Below, piece after piece: positions 39,597 through 49,583 of a DNA stretch of 64,000 bases. The stretch is from Nitrosopumilus sp. (GTDB lineage: Archaea > Thermoproteota > Nitrososphaeria > Nitrososphaerales > Nitrosopumilaceae). Made by a program: the position numbers and the translations under genes. A model generated the notes under the pieces. That model ran no database searches. It saw nothing but the letters and a program-made list of their open reading frames with translations, and was not told the origin of the DNA. The stretch covers positions 1,280,001 to 1,344,000 of the forward strand of contig OZ242186.1 in the NCBI GenBank assembly GCA_965205675.1, read 5' to 3'. Positions within the stretch are counted from its first letter, which is position 1; each line of letters begins with the position of its first letter.

Positions 39597-41438
39597 GTGT
39601 CTGCGAAATCAAAAAAGCCTGCAAAGTCATGGTCCCTTGATGCGCTAAACATACTGTATGCATCAGACAAGAACATAAACGGCACAACTGAGCTTGACTC
39701 GATTCTATCGCGGTACTGTGATGTGATAAACGGCGTCTCAGAACCATTAGTGATTGATATGGTCGCAGATACTGAACTGATGATGTTTCACAAGACCCAG
39801 AAACTGTGCAAATTCGACAAGGTAATATTTACCACGACACAGGACATGACGAGTCTCTTCACTGGGGCATCGTTTGGATACTCTCAAACAGATTCCCGGA
39901 AATGGGATATCCTCAAAGAGTATCCTGATTCATTGCTTCTTGCAGACGGGATGCACTGTAAAATGTATACCCTAACTAACATGCATTCCTCATTGCCTCC
40001 CGGCTGGGCATATGGTTTGTACTCTGATGCGGATTTTCTGCGAATTTTCATAAACCCCATTTCTGCTGCAAAACACCAAAATGTTATTAATTCACACAAG
40101 TCAGTCCAGAGAACAAAGAGCTCGGCTGAGGAGATGTATCAGGTAGATGATATTACAGAGATAAGAGACCGCGTGATGAGTCAAAAGACGGACAATCTGT
40201 TTTCAGTGACAATCAATGCCGGAATTCTCGGAGTTGACATGCAGACTCTTAGAAAAAAATGTGCTGCCTTTGAGATGATAGATGCCAAGAACAGAAACGG
40301 AATGTACTCTATGAAGTATGGTCAGTCAAAGTTTCTCAACGGCATGGGACAAAGAATGTTGATGTGCAAAAGCTCAATGCCTGCACTCGTGCCATTTCAT
40401 ACGTCGGAGCTAAACGAGGAAGGTGGAGTACTGATTGGAGAAAACACAAAGACTGCAAACCCAGTACAATGGAACATAAATCATAGGCTGAATCGTAATA
40501 CGGTAATTGCTGCTACTTCAGGCTCTGGAAAGACAACGCTTGCAATGCTTATCATTCACGCATTTGAAAGGATGTATCCTGATACGTTTATCTTTGTAAT
40601 TGATCCAGAGTCCGAATACAAGGCGTTATCAGATAATATGGGATTTCAATACATTAGCTATTCAAGCGGCACCAAGCTCGGATTTGATGTTTTTAAGATG
40701 GTTGCAGACCCGGTATCTGCTGCTGAGACACTCTGTGACGTACTAAATGTGCCACAGATAAACCGTGCAATGGTTTTACATGCCGCATCAAAGATTGCAA
40801 CAGATGAGGACCGAGACTTTTTCAAATTCTATGATGAGTTAAAGAATCTTGAATCAGGCAAGACAGATAATCTTGCATCAGAGTATTTTGGCATACTGGC
40901 ACATCCTCCATTTGATGAGCTGATTCGAGGCAGTCCCCCAAAAAACAACAAGATAGTACTGTCATTAAAAAACATCGGAAGTGCAGCCGGTTCTGTCCAG
41001 AGAATAATTACACAGATAGCACTAGCGTATGCGCTTGGCAAGTCTCTCTCGATGCCGAAGATGACACCAAAACTCTTCATGTTAGATGAGGTGTGGATGC
41101 TCTTACAGCATGATACTCTTGGCAACTACATCCAAAATCTCTCGCGTCGTGGACGAAAATACAACATCAACCTGATGCTTGCAAGCCAAAACATTGAGGA
41201 CATGACTGATAATCCCTCTGCAAGAAACGTGCTTGTAAATAGCGACACTGTCATGTTTTTGAGACAGTCTGAGGCTACACTGAAGGCACTTGTGGAGAAC
41301 TTTACCCTCTCATCTACTGCTGCAACTGATCTGATGAACCTCAAGCGCGGACAGGCAATCATAAAGTATGGCAGTCATATGGTGCCAGTGGATATTCTTC
41401 CCGACAAGGAGCAGCTAGAGATGTTTAGGGCACGATAA
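39597..41438 (+). CDS. virB4: VirB4-like conjugation ATPase
   Basis: NRNTVIAATSGSGKT, FVIDPESEY, FMLDEVW, SRRGRKY, ASQNIED. Confidence 0.88.
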   Translation: MSAKSKKPAKSWSLDALNILYASDKNINGTTELDSILSRYCDVINGVSEPLVIDMVADTELMMFHKTQKLCKFDKVIFTTTQDMTSLFTGASFGYSQTDSRKWDILKEYPDSLLLADGMHCKMYTLTNMHSSLPPGWAYGLYSDADFLRIFINPISAAKHQNVINSHKSVQRTKSSAEEMYQVDDITEIRDRVMSQKTDNLFSVTINAGILGVDMQTLRKKCAAFEMIDAKNRNGMYSMKYGQSKFLNGMGQRMLMCKSSMPALVPFHTSELNEEGGVLIGENTKTANPVQWNINHRLNRNTVIAATSGSGKTTLAMLIIHAFERMYPDTFIFVIDPESEYKALSDNMGFQYISYSSGTKLGFDVFKMVADPVSAAETLCDVLNVPQINRAMVLHAASKIATDEDRDFFKFYDELKNLESGKTDNLASEYFGILAHPPFDELIRGSPPKNNKIVLSLKNIGSAAGSVQRIITQIALAYALGKSLSMPKMTPKLFMLDEVWMLLQHDTLGNYIQNLSRRGRKYNINLMLASQNIEDMTDNPSARNVLVNSDTVMFLRQSEATLKALVENFTLSSTAATDLMNLKRGQAIIKYGSHMVPVDILPDKEQLEMFRAR

Positions 41439-43991
41439 ATGAACAATGCATGGGGTAACACGGTACTTGGGTATCTTCAGGACGGCAAGCTCTTATCGAT
41501 ACCAAATAAGATACGACAAAACTTTGCAATCTTTGGTGAGATAGGATCCGGAAAATCCTCCATACTGCGCATGATGATTTTACAAGACATTCAGGCTGGG
41601 CGCGGGTTTTTGATTGCAGAAAACCACGGTGAGCTCTCAAAGGAGATACTCTCAATGATTCCCCCAAAGGATTATCACAAAATAGTATACATCAGCCTCT
41701 CCTCACTGCGATTATGGGAGAAGACACTGAGATTCAATCCATTACGATGCGATAACATGTATGATTCGGGAATGGTTGCACTGACATTCACTGAATGTCT
41801 TGCGCGTGCGTTCAGTGACTCGTGGGGTGCAAGAGTTGATACGTGTGCCCGAAACGGTGCACTTGCAACAATTGGAACCGCATCGCCTACGATAGGCGTC
41901 ATGATGAATCTGCTTACAAACAAGGATTTCAGAGACGCGTTTGTTCCAAATATCATCAACAAGCATGCAAAGGACTTTTTCGTAGATGTCTATGACGTGC
42001 AGTATCCAAAGGAGGCAGGCGGTGTTGTCTTTAACAAGCTCAACAAGATGATGACGATTCCTGAGATGGATGCAATGTTTAACACTTCCGAATCCTCCGT
42101 TGACTTTGAGAAGATAATTGATGATGGAATGTATGTAGTCTTGGATTTTGGAGGAGGACTGCCAAATGACATGGTAAAGTTTTTGGGCAATGTGTTTATG
42201 CATCTCTTTTACACATCATATAAAAAAAGAGTCAAAAAACCCGATGGCACATATGACAGATTCAACCTGTATCTGGATGAGGTCCAGACATTCTCTCCAA
42301 ACATGGTACGGGAACTCTTCAACACGGTTCGAAAGTACGGCATCACAATGACTGTTGCAACGCAGTCCGTATCTGCACTAGATAAGGAGCTGGCAGACGA
42401 GATTGCAACCTTGTGTCGGGCCATTGCGTGCTTCAAGTGCGACACAAAGACTGCGACGCATCTAAAGTCCATACTGCCAACTACAGTAGAGCAGCAGCAG
42501 AAACTCTCATGGCATACATTTGCGTTTTACACCGGGGGAGACAAACCAAAAAACGCTGTTGCCTCTACAAGACACATGAGCATACCTCCAAGATGGGAGC
42601 AGGCGGCACGACACAGCGTTGATGAGCTTGGAAAATTCGTATCCCTTGAGAGATATTATAACCAGTCAGGTGCAGCAGCAGAGGTGCTGCTATCTCCGCT
42701 GGAGTTTGGAATACTAAACTATCTGAGAATGGAGAATCGAGACGTCTCTCGCCAGGAGATAACTGATGTCATGACTCGAAGGTATGCCACAGATGCAAGG
42801 ACTGTCGCATCTGCATTAAATGATACGCTAATCTCATCATACCAGTTTGTACGCAAAAATGACATTACAGCAGATGACGGGGATGAAAAGTTTGAGTCAA
42901 GATATGCCATTACTAAAACTGCCATAAAGATGGTCTTCTCAAAGGCCGCCGCCGGACGCCGTGCAGGAGGAGACCTCCATCTGTCTGTAATATTTATGAT
43001 AATGGATATTCAGATGAATCTCGGATGCTACTGCGTTCCAGACAACGGTGCAGGCGCTGCAAAGCATGCAGACCTGCTTGTATTTGAACCTGAAAAGATA
43101 AAAAATGAAAAGGGTCTGGATGTTGCGTATAATCCAGGCAAGTGGTCTGAGAAAACCATTGCACTTGAAGTCGAGACTGCTCCCGGCAAACACTGGGATC
43201 AAGTGATTACAAACTTTGAGAAGAACAAAAAGCAGGGATTCTTTGTGTGGTTTGTAGTGTTTACATCAGAGGAGAAACGGGCATTAATCAACACCTTTTC
43301 AGATGCAGATATTTCACCTGATGAGTATTCTGTAACTGTGATGAATGAGGGAGTCGTACTGGCAGCAGATACTGACTCTGAGAGTGTCAGGGGGTTTAGC
43401 AAAATACAGAGTGCAATATTTTCTGCCCTTTTTAATGCAGGCGGTTCCGCAAAGGAGCAATACCTCATAGATAACACCTGGAAGTATGAGCCAAAAAAAG
43501 TCATTGAGGAGTTGCACAAATTTGAGGTCAAGGGAGAACTGTTGTGCCACCAGCAGATGATGCAAGACCCATCAAATCCCGATGAACCAGATGAGAAAAA
43601 GATGATCAAGGTGTGGAGACTCAAAGGGTATGATGAGTCAAAGGCAAAGTCTGAGAAGACAGGCCCTAAGGGACTGCCAGCAGCTAGCGATATATTCTCA
43701 GTTGCCACACCGCAACCCGAACCACTACAGCACCAGGTATCACAAGAAGAAAAGGAACAAGAGAACAATAACAATTCGGAATCCTCTCACTCTGAGAAGA
43801 AGGAGAAGGCAAAGGATGAGGGTGAATATGCGGGTCTAACTGAGGCTATGATGCTATCAATATTCCAAGATTGCCAAAAAAACGACAGAGAAGAAGAGAT
43901 GGACAGAATCCGAGACGTGTTAAAATCCCGCGGGTTCTGCATCAGGAAACGCAACGGTGAGTTCTTTGTAGCAAGGCTGCCAAAGGCATGA
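41439..43991 (+). CDS. VirD4/TraG-like coupling ATPase with C-terminal wHTH and nuclease-like domains
   Basis: GEIGSGKS, FNPL, LYLDEVQ, VRKYGI...ATQS; later GGDLH...ADLLV...IALEVET. Confidence 0.82.
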   Translation: MNNAWGNTVLGYLQDGKLLSIPNKIRQNFAIFGEIGSGKSSILRMMILQDIQAGRGFLIAENHGELSKEILSMIPPKDYHKIVYISLSSLRLWEKTLRFNPLRCDNMYDSGMVALTFTECLARAFSDSWGARVDTCARNGALATIGTASPTIGVMMNLLTNKDFRDAFVPNIINKHAKDFFVDVYDVQYPKEAGGVVFNKLNKMMTIPEMDAMFNTSESSVDFEKIIDDGMYVVLDFGGGLPNDMVKFLGNVFMHLFYTSYKKRVKKPDGTYDRFNLYLDEVQTFSPNMVRELFNTVRKYGITMTVATQSVSALDKELADEIATLCRAIACFKCDTKTATHLKSILPTTVEQQQKLSWHTFAFYTGGDKPKNAVASTRHMSIPPRWEQAARHSVDELGKFVSLERYYNQSGAAAEVLLSPLEFGILNYLRMENRDVSRQEITDVMTRRYATDARTVASALNDTLISSYQFVRKNDITADDGDEKFESRYAITKTAIKMVFSKAAAGRRAGGDLHLSVIFMIMDIQMNLGCYCVPDNGAGAAKHADLLVFEPEKIKNEKGLDVAYNPGKWSEKTIALEVETAPGKHWDQVITNFEKNKKQGFFVWFVVFTSEEKRALINTFSDADISPDEYSVTVMNEGVVLAADTDSESVRGFSKIQSAIFSALFNAGGSAKEQYLIDNTWKYEPKKVIEELHKFEVKGELLCHQQMMQDPSNPDEPDEKKMIKVWRLKGYDESKAKSEKTGPKGLPAASDIFSVATPQPEPLQHQVSQEEKEQENNNNSESSHSEKKEKAKDEGEYAGLTEAMMLSIFQDCQKNDREEEMDRIRDVLKSRGFCIRKRNGEFFVARLPKA

Positions 43992-44103
43992 TGAATACGA
44001 ATACGCAAAATGCCACCGGCATCAGCATAAGATCCCGACTATATGCACCCCGGACTCTTTTCATGATTTTTGCCTTTAAATTCAAACCATACTATCCATT
44101 GCA

Positions 44104-44403
44104 ATGATTTCCAAAAGAAAAGGCGACGATTTATCCGAAGTCATAAGCGGTCCTCTGGGCTATTTTGTAATCGGCATCGTCGTCATAGGAATAGGTATTG
44201 GGGGATACGGGTATGTCATTCCGGATTCAGAAGATGATGAAAGTGATGACGCTATAGCACTCTTTTCCTTTGTTACAAATGTTGCAGGGCAGCTCAAGAT
44301 ACTGCTCTTTACCATTGCAGGACTTGTGATAATAGGGGGAAGTATAATGACTGGTCTCATACTGATACTCATCCCAGTTCAAAGACGCTGCAATACACGG
44401 TAA
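44104..44403 (+). CDS. Small two-TM protein, VirB2/pilin-like
   Basis: Two hydrophobic helices; own TTTAAA promoter. Confidence 0.45.
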   Translation: MISKRKGDDLSEVISGPLGYFVIGIVVIGIGIGGYGYVIPDSEDDESDDAIALFSFVTNVAGQLKILLFTIAGLVIIGGSIMTGLILILIPVQRRCNTR

Positions 44404-44409
44404 TGGGAA

Positions 44410-44802
44410 ATGCAGTTCCTGCTACCTTTTTTTATCTCTTTTTTGGCATCAATTAATGCCGTAATGCTAAATACCGTACTTGGAGGATATGGAGTGTACG
44501 TTGCACTAGGGATTTTTCTTGCAGCATTTGCATGTGATTTTGCATCCACGGTATCTGTAAAAAATGCAAAGTCTCTTGAAGCAAATCCTGTCGTGCGAAG
44601 ACTGGGAAACCATTTCAAATTTCATACCTCGCTGGCTATCATAGGTGTGATTAGTATGACTATTCAGGTCCTAGTGTATGTTATTTTTGATACTGCAATA
44701 GTGTCTTATTTTATTGCATCCCTGCATCTTTATGCAATACTCTCAAACCTTCACGTCAGAAAATATTCTTCCTTAAAATCAAAAGGAATACAGAACATGT
44801 GA
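44410..44802 (+). CDS. Small polytopic membrane protein (DUF5658-like)
   Basis: DFAST...EANPVV motif, four TMs. Confidence 0.55.
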   Translation: MQFLLPFFISFLASINAVMLNTVLGGYGVYVALGIFLAAFACDFASTVSVKNAKSLEANPVVRRLGNHFKFHTSLAIIGVISMTIQVLVYVIFDTAIVSYFIASLHLYAILSNLHVRKYSSLKSKGIQNM

Positions 44803-45305
44803 TGATAATAAGTATACAAAACGTTGTTGCAAATGCACAAATTACAAGATGTGACGAAGATACCGTTCTCAAAAAAATACCAGAGTCAGAATACCATCCA
44901 AACGGATTTCCGGCAATTGGAATCCGGAAGAAACGTGTGAAAATCTGGCTTTACAAATCAGGCAAGATAGTCAGCGCAGGCGCCAAATCAAGAGAGATTG
45001 CAATAGGTGTAATAATGGATACAATACAGAGGCTCTCAAGTCTTGGATTTGCAATCAAGGTAAGGTCTGCTCCCAGAATATCACTAGTTGTGGCAAACAT
45101 CAAACTTGACGGGTATCTGCAACGCTCAAAACTGCAAAGCATGACTGGAGTCTATTCCAACGAAAAGTTTCAGGCAGACACATTTCATTTTAAGGAGTAT
45201 AAGACAAACGTGCGCATATTCAAAAACAAAAAGATTGGGATGAGTGCACCCTCAGTTGAGGCAATAGTCTTTATGGTAAAAAAACTGCAAGAATGCACGG
45301 TATGA
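44799..45305 (+). CDS. tbp: Divergent TATA-box-binding protein
   Basis: ISIQNVVA...EYHPNGFPAI...LYKSGKIVSAGAKS repeat 1; degenerate repeat 2 (SLVVA...YSNEKF...IFKNKKI). Confidence 0.88.
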   Translation: MMIISIQNVVANAQITRCDEDTVLKKIPESEYHPNGFPAIGIRKKRVKIWLYKSGKIVSAGAKSREIAIGVIMDTIQRLSSLGFAIKVRSAPRISLVVANIKLDGYLQRSKLQSMTGVYSNEKFQADTFHFKEYKTNVRIFKNKKIGMSAPSVEAIVFMVKKLQECTV

Positions 45306-45329
45306 TTTTATTTGAGAGAAAAATTCATC

Positions 45330-46340
45330 CTATAAATGATTGCGGATTTCCAGAATCCTGTGTCTAAATAGTACAACTGAGATGACCATGCCTGCAAATA
45401 CAATACCTGTCACGTATCTGAATTCCGGAATTTTTGCAATTCCACTAAAACATGCAAACTCTTCTTCTGGAAAATCCGCAGAGACTATGGAGCATCTTGT
45501 TCCATCTGTCTGAATTATGATACTGCCCATGCTAGTCTGCACAACCGGGATGCCGTTTGCGACATATCGCATCACTGCCTGCTCATGCGGATGTCCATAC
45601 ATGTTGCCATCATTTGCAGAAAATATGACCAGTCTTGGAGTGACACTATCAATGAATGCATCTGTACTTGAATGCTTTGAGCCGTGATGCGGTGCATTGA
45701 TAATATCTGCATCAATCGTATCTCCATAGTTTTGTATCAGCCATTTTTCAGTGGTATGTGTCGCATCGCCGGTAAACAGAAACACAAAGTCGCCATATTC
45801 TAAAATGGTAACTATAGAGTTAGAGTTTTCCAAAGACGCATTGCTCCCGCTTGGGATTAGTTGTTTTGGCGGACTGATAACAGATACGCTCACTGTATCA
45901 TCAAGGACGATTTTGTCTCCGGCATACACCGTTGATTCATCCCCTGCCAGTTCCAAAAAGGTCTGGTATGTGGCAGTATCCTTTGATGTAGGTCCTATGA
46001 GGATTTTTTTTACATCAAATGAATCATCTCGTAATATGGTGCCAAGACCTCCAACATGGTCCTGGTCTGGATGCGTTGCAATCATTACATCAATTGTACT
46101 GATATGAAAATTCTGCAAGGTCTCTTTGATGGAGTGATACGCTAATGGCATCCCACCATCAATTAGCATTACACTGTCATTGGGAAATATAATGAGAGTA
46201 GAGTCGCCCTTTGTTCCAAGGTCGATAAATGCCACAGTTAAGGCATCTGAGGAGTAAATGTCATGCTCTGCATGCACTGAGAACTCCCAAGGAATTATTA
46301 TCGTTACTAGTAGAATCAAAAGATATTTTGCCATACCCAT
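45330..46340 (-). CDS. Surface ComEC/Rec2-type metallo-beta-lactamase hydrolase with PEF-CTERM-like anchor
   Basis: LIDGG, THPDQDHVGG, FTGDA, PHHGS, YGHPH; IPEF + TM + basic tail. Confidence 0.9.
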   Translation of the reverse strand: MGMAKYLLILLVTIIIPWEFSVHAEHDIYSSDALTVAFIDLGTKGDSTLIIFPNDSVMLIDGGMPLAYHSIKETLQNFHISTIDVMIATHPDQDHVGGLGTILRDDSFDVKKILIGPTSKDTATYQTFLELAGDESTVYAGDKIVLDDTVSVSVISPPKQLIPSGSNASLENSNSIVTILEYGDFVFLFTGDATHTTEKWLIQNYGDTIDADIINAPHHGSKHSSTDAFIDSVTPRLVIFSANDGNMYGHPHEQAVMRYVANGIPVVQTSMGSIIIQTDGTRCSIVSADFPEEEFACFSGIAKIPEFRYVTGIVFAGMVISVVLFRHRILEIRNHL

Positions 46341-46470
46341 CAGATGTGTAATTAATTAAAAGGCGCCAAATCCTGCAATTGTTTGGTTTTGGGCACAAAG
46401 TTTCTACTTTGCCATATTTGTCGTAGAATTCTTGTTTATTTTTAAATGAAACAGTTGTCACCTTAGTTCA

Positions 46471-47385
46471 ATGTTGAAATCAGTTATTATCATACTAGTA
46501 TTCTCTGCAGGCTTTGGATATGCATTGTATGCCGATTTGTTACATTTTGGTACTGGGACTGAAACCAGCTTATCTTCTTTTGTTGAAAATCGCCAACAAA
46601 TTTCTAATGCTATGACCTTTGAGGAACGTCAAATCATTTACTATTCTTTTGGAGATGTTCCAGATGTACCGGATAAACAGATTCCAATCAACGCATTAAA
46701 AAAAGCGATTAGTATTTGGGAACAACACAATATTAATTTGGAATTTATTGAATCAGATAACTCAAACGTTGAAATTAAATGGCAAAAATATGCCTCTTCT
46801 ACCCACACTGGACTTGCTACATGTGATACAGCCTTATTTGGAATTCTAAATCACTGTGTTTTAGACATATCCGTTGGTGCCAAAGATTGTAATTCTAATT
46901 TTATCCAAAATGATGAAAACATGGTTGCAAATATCCTAATGCATGAAATTGGTCATGTATTAGGATTGGGTCATACTAGTAAAGAAAATCATTTAATGTA
47001 TTCTACTGAATCGCCTGAAACTGCATTTGATACAAAAAAATATGTTATTCCTTCAAGATTTGAAGAACTTTATGTTGGACAAAAGGCATTACTTTCTCAA
47101 GAAAAACAAATCTTATCCCAAATTGAGGTTTTGGATACTAAAATTGCTCGTGAACAATCTCAATATGAATCACATTATAAACAATATGAACAATATAAAG
47201 GCAAAACTCTCCCTCTAAAAGAACATACAGAAGCACAAAAAGCTTTTGACAAAATGAATTCACAAGCAAAAAAAATTAATGATTTAATTCATCAACAAAA
47301 TGAACTAATCATACAAATCAATGATGTGTTAAATGAACTGAGTTGTAGTCCTAACTTTGAAATCATCTCAAAGTCATCCAAATAA
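46471..47385 (+). CDS. Matrixin-family (M10) zinc metalloprotease
   Basis: HEIGHVLGLGH and Met-turn LMY; coiled-coil C-terminus. Confidence 0.9.
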   Translation: MLKSVIIILVFSAGFGYALYADLLHFGTGTETSLSSFVENRQQISNAMTFEERQIIYYSFGDVPDVPDKQIPINALKKAISIWEQHNINLEFIESDNSNVEIKWQKYASSTHTGLATCDTALFGILNHCVLDISVGAKDCNSNFIQNDENMVANILMHEIGHVLGLGHTSKENHLMYSTESPETAFDTKKYVIPSRFEELYVGQKALLSQEKQILSQIEVLDTKIAREQSQYESHYKQYEQYKGKTLPLKEHTEAQKAFDKMNSQAKKINDLIHQQNELIIQINDVLNELSCSPNFEIISKSSK

Positions 47386-47605
47386 TAAAACCGACCTTGA
47401 TGTTAAGATCTGGATCATTACAGGAAGGGCAGAATAGTCGGTTCTGGTGTATTTTGATGATGTATGAATCCAATTCTAATCTAAATTAAAATATTATCCA
47501 AACTTACAGAGTCAATCAATTCTCCAAGTTCAAGTAACAATTCAATATCAAGAGTAAATGGAAATCATGGACAAAACAGGGTTCTGTTAAGTAATCAATA
47601 TTTGT

Positions 47606-47821
47606 ATGAAACACGATTTGTCATTTCACATACGTAAAGAATCCAAAGGGTACAGTGCACAATGCATTGAATTTCCTTCGATTATTACCCAAGCAGATAC
47701 AAAAAAAGAATTACAAGAAAATATGACAGATGCTGCAAATGGATATTTTAAAGCGTTTCCAGAAGAATATCAAAAACTACATAACCAAAATTCAGGTAAT
47801 GTGATTAAAGTTACCATCTAA
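47606..47821 (+). CDS. hicB: HicB-family antitoxin
   Basis: GYSAQCIEFPSIITQADTKKELQENMTDA. Confidence 0.85.
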   Translation: MKHDLSFHIRKESKGYSAQCIEFPSIITQADTKKELQENMTDAANGYFKAFPEEYQKLHNQNSGNVIKVTI

Positions 47822-48023
47822 ACTACCTGTACTATCTTGGAGAGTCATCTTGAAAATTTTAAGGAAAAATGGGTTTATTCAATCAGGTCAAACTGGAAGC
47901 CATATTTTTATGAGAAAAAATAATCTCAGAGTTACAATTCCTAGACATAAAGAAATCAAAAAAGGAACATTGCTATCAATAATTTATCAATCAGGATTAT
48001 CCCGAGAATATTTTATAAAATAA
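47811..48023 (+). pseudogene. hicA: HicA-family toxin frame lacking a canonical start codon (not in the ORF track)
   Basis: LPSKLPVLSWRVILKILRKNGF...GSHIFM...VTIPRHKEIKKGTLLSII; upstream in-frame TGA at 47802, no ATG/GTG/TTG at the expected start. Confidence 0.75.
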
Positions 48024-48160
48024 TTTGAGTTCTTTTCAATAACTCTATTAATTCTTCTAACTCGTCAATCTCTTTTTGAATTATTTTCTCAATTATTGGT
48101 TCTAAATTAATTGAAGATGATTACACAAATGATCTCATTCTAGATTAAACCAAAGTCTCA

Positions 48161-48415
48161 TTAAAACCTGTGTAACAGTAAACCACACACCAACATGAAT
48201 AATCCTAAAACCCCAACAATCGCATAATTGTTTTGAGTTTGTATTATGCCGTCCATGCATTTTACAAATTCTGATTCTACGTATTTATCCAACTGTAAAA
48301 TTATACACGCATCAATTGTATGCTGAGAATATAACACACCAATTACACATATCATTATTGCAAAAATTCCAAATATGATTAAAAGATTTGATGTTAGAAT
48401 TGTTTTGCCACCCAA
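48161..48415 (-). CDS. Small two-TM hypothetical protein
   Basis: Two TMs flanking a Cys-containing loop. Confidence 0.5.
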   Translation of the reverse strand: MGGKTILTSNLLIIFGIFAIMICVIGVLYSQHTIDACIILQLDKYVESEFVKCMDGIIQTQNNYAIVGVLGLFMLVCGLLLHRF

Positions 48416-48466
48416 TATGTTTAATCGTGTAAAATATGATATTTAGATGATCATTTTGTAGTTTAA

Positions 48467-48721
48467 ATGCGAATTTACATGTATGTTGTATTGAGTCTGA
48501 TTAAAAAAGAATCAATTCGAATAATCATTATTTTTATATCTGTAAATACACTTGTATCTGTTGGATTTTATCATTTATGGCTTGATTTTCACAATACTGT
48601 AAAGTTTGATTTGTATCATTTTCATGTAATTCTATTTGTTGCATATGCTTGTATGAACTCTTTATGTTTTATCCTGATGTATCAACAAAAAAATATTAAA
48701 CCAAAAAAAATTTTCACATGA
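48467..48721 (+). CDS. Small membrane protein
   Basis: Hydrophobic 84-aa ORF. Confidence 0.4.
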   Translation: MRIYMYVVLSLIKKESIRIIIIFISVNTLVSVGFYHLWLDFHNTVKFDLYHFHVILFVAYACMNSLCFILMYQQKNIKPKKIFT

Positions 48722-48924
48722 CAAACAATCTATGATCATATTTTATTTTAATTCCATTCTTTGTTAGGAACTGGTAACTTATAGAGGCATGACTACAAAT
48801 CCTATGATGTATAATCTATTAAAAAATTAGGTGATTGTAAACCCATTACTACCAACTATTTTTGAGTAGTTATTGGAAAAGACAATCAATCTAACTGAGC
48901 TATCCAAAATAATTCGCAACAAAT

Positions 48925-49121
48925 CAAACTGCATTGCAACTCACTGCTGTTACCCCGATTTGGAAATAGCCAGTACTGTGTGAACATGTGACATTTGCAG
49001 TGCCATCCATACTGTCAGTTGCAGTTACATCAAACTCTGCATAATATCCAAGGGAATGGATTCGAGGAACTCCGGTAATGTCTGCCGGCATCATAATTAC
49101 TGGTGGTGCGATGCCATCTGC
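48925..49121 (-). pseudogene. HYR-domain fragment
   Basis: Minus strand reads DGIAPPVIMMPADIT...FDVTATDSMDGTANVTCSHSTGYFQIGVTAVSCNAV; cut by the 47-bp element. Confidence 0.65.
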
Positions 49122-49122
49122 A

Positions 49123-49169
49123 GGTTCTGGTGCAAAATGGTGATCAGATCATCAAAATCCACCAGAACC
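49123..49169. mobile_element. 47-bp IS6-type micro-element, second copy (no TSD)
   Basis: GGTTCTGGTGCAAAATGGTGATCAGATCATCAAAATCCACCAGAACC. Confidence 0.8.
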
Positions 49170-49340
49170 TTAATTCAAAATACCAGTAAAAAATAATCTA
49201 ATAGTTTACTTGTGTTTTACAATCTTTTTGACGACCAATACTTTGTGATGATTGTTTTTAACTTGATAAACTACAGTGTATTTAGTATTGGAACTTTTAC
49301 TTTAATTCTTGTTGTTTCAATAGATTGATTGAATAATTGA

Positions 49341-49379
49341 TAGTTTTTGAACTAAATTGAGTTACTTTCCCATCTACTG
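49341..49379. repeat. 39-bp dispersed repeat copy 3
   Basis: TAGTTTTTGAACTAAATTGAGTTACTTTCCCATCTACTG. Confidence 0.85.
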
Positions 49380-49583
49380 ATATCTGTTCGGTGGGTGCAG
49401 AAACTCTACTCACGGTATCGCCGTACTGGTGCAATTCCTTAGAATTGGGCTTTTTCCACTTGCGGCAAGCTTGATGTGAAATGCTGGGAAAAATACCTTG
49501 AAAAATATATGAAATTGTCAAAAGTGGACAACGCCTTTCTTCTAGCATTACTTTCAATATTAACAGGATTTGCAATTACTTGT

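Noticed and set aside
49297-49575. 92-aa minus-strand ORF
   Set aside because: Chimera running across the 39-bp end and an IS630-like scrap (17 bp shared with about 51896)
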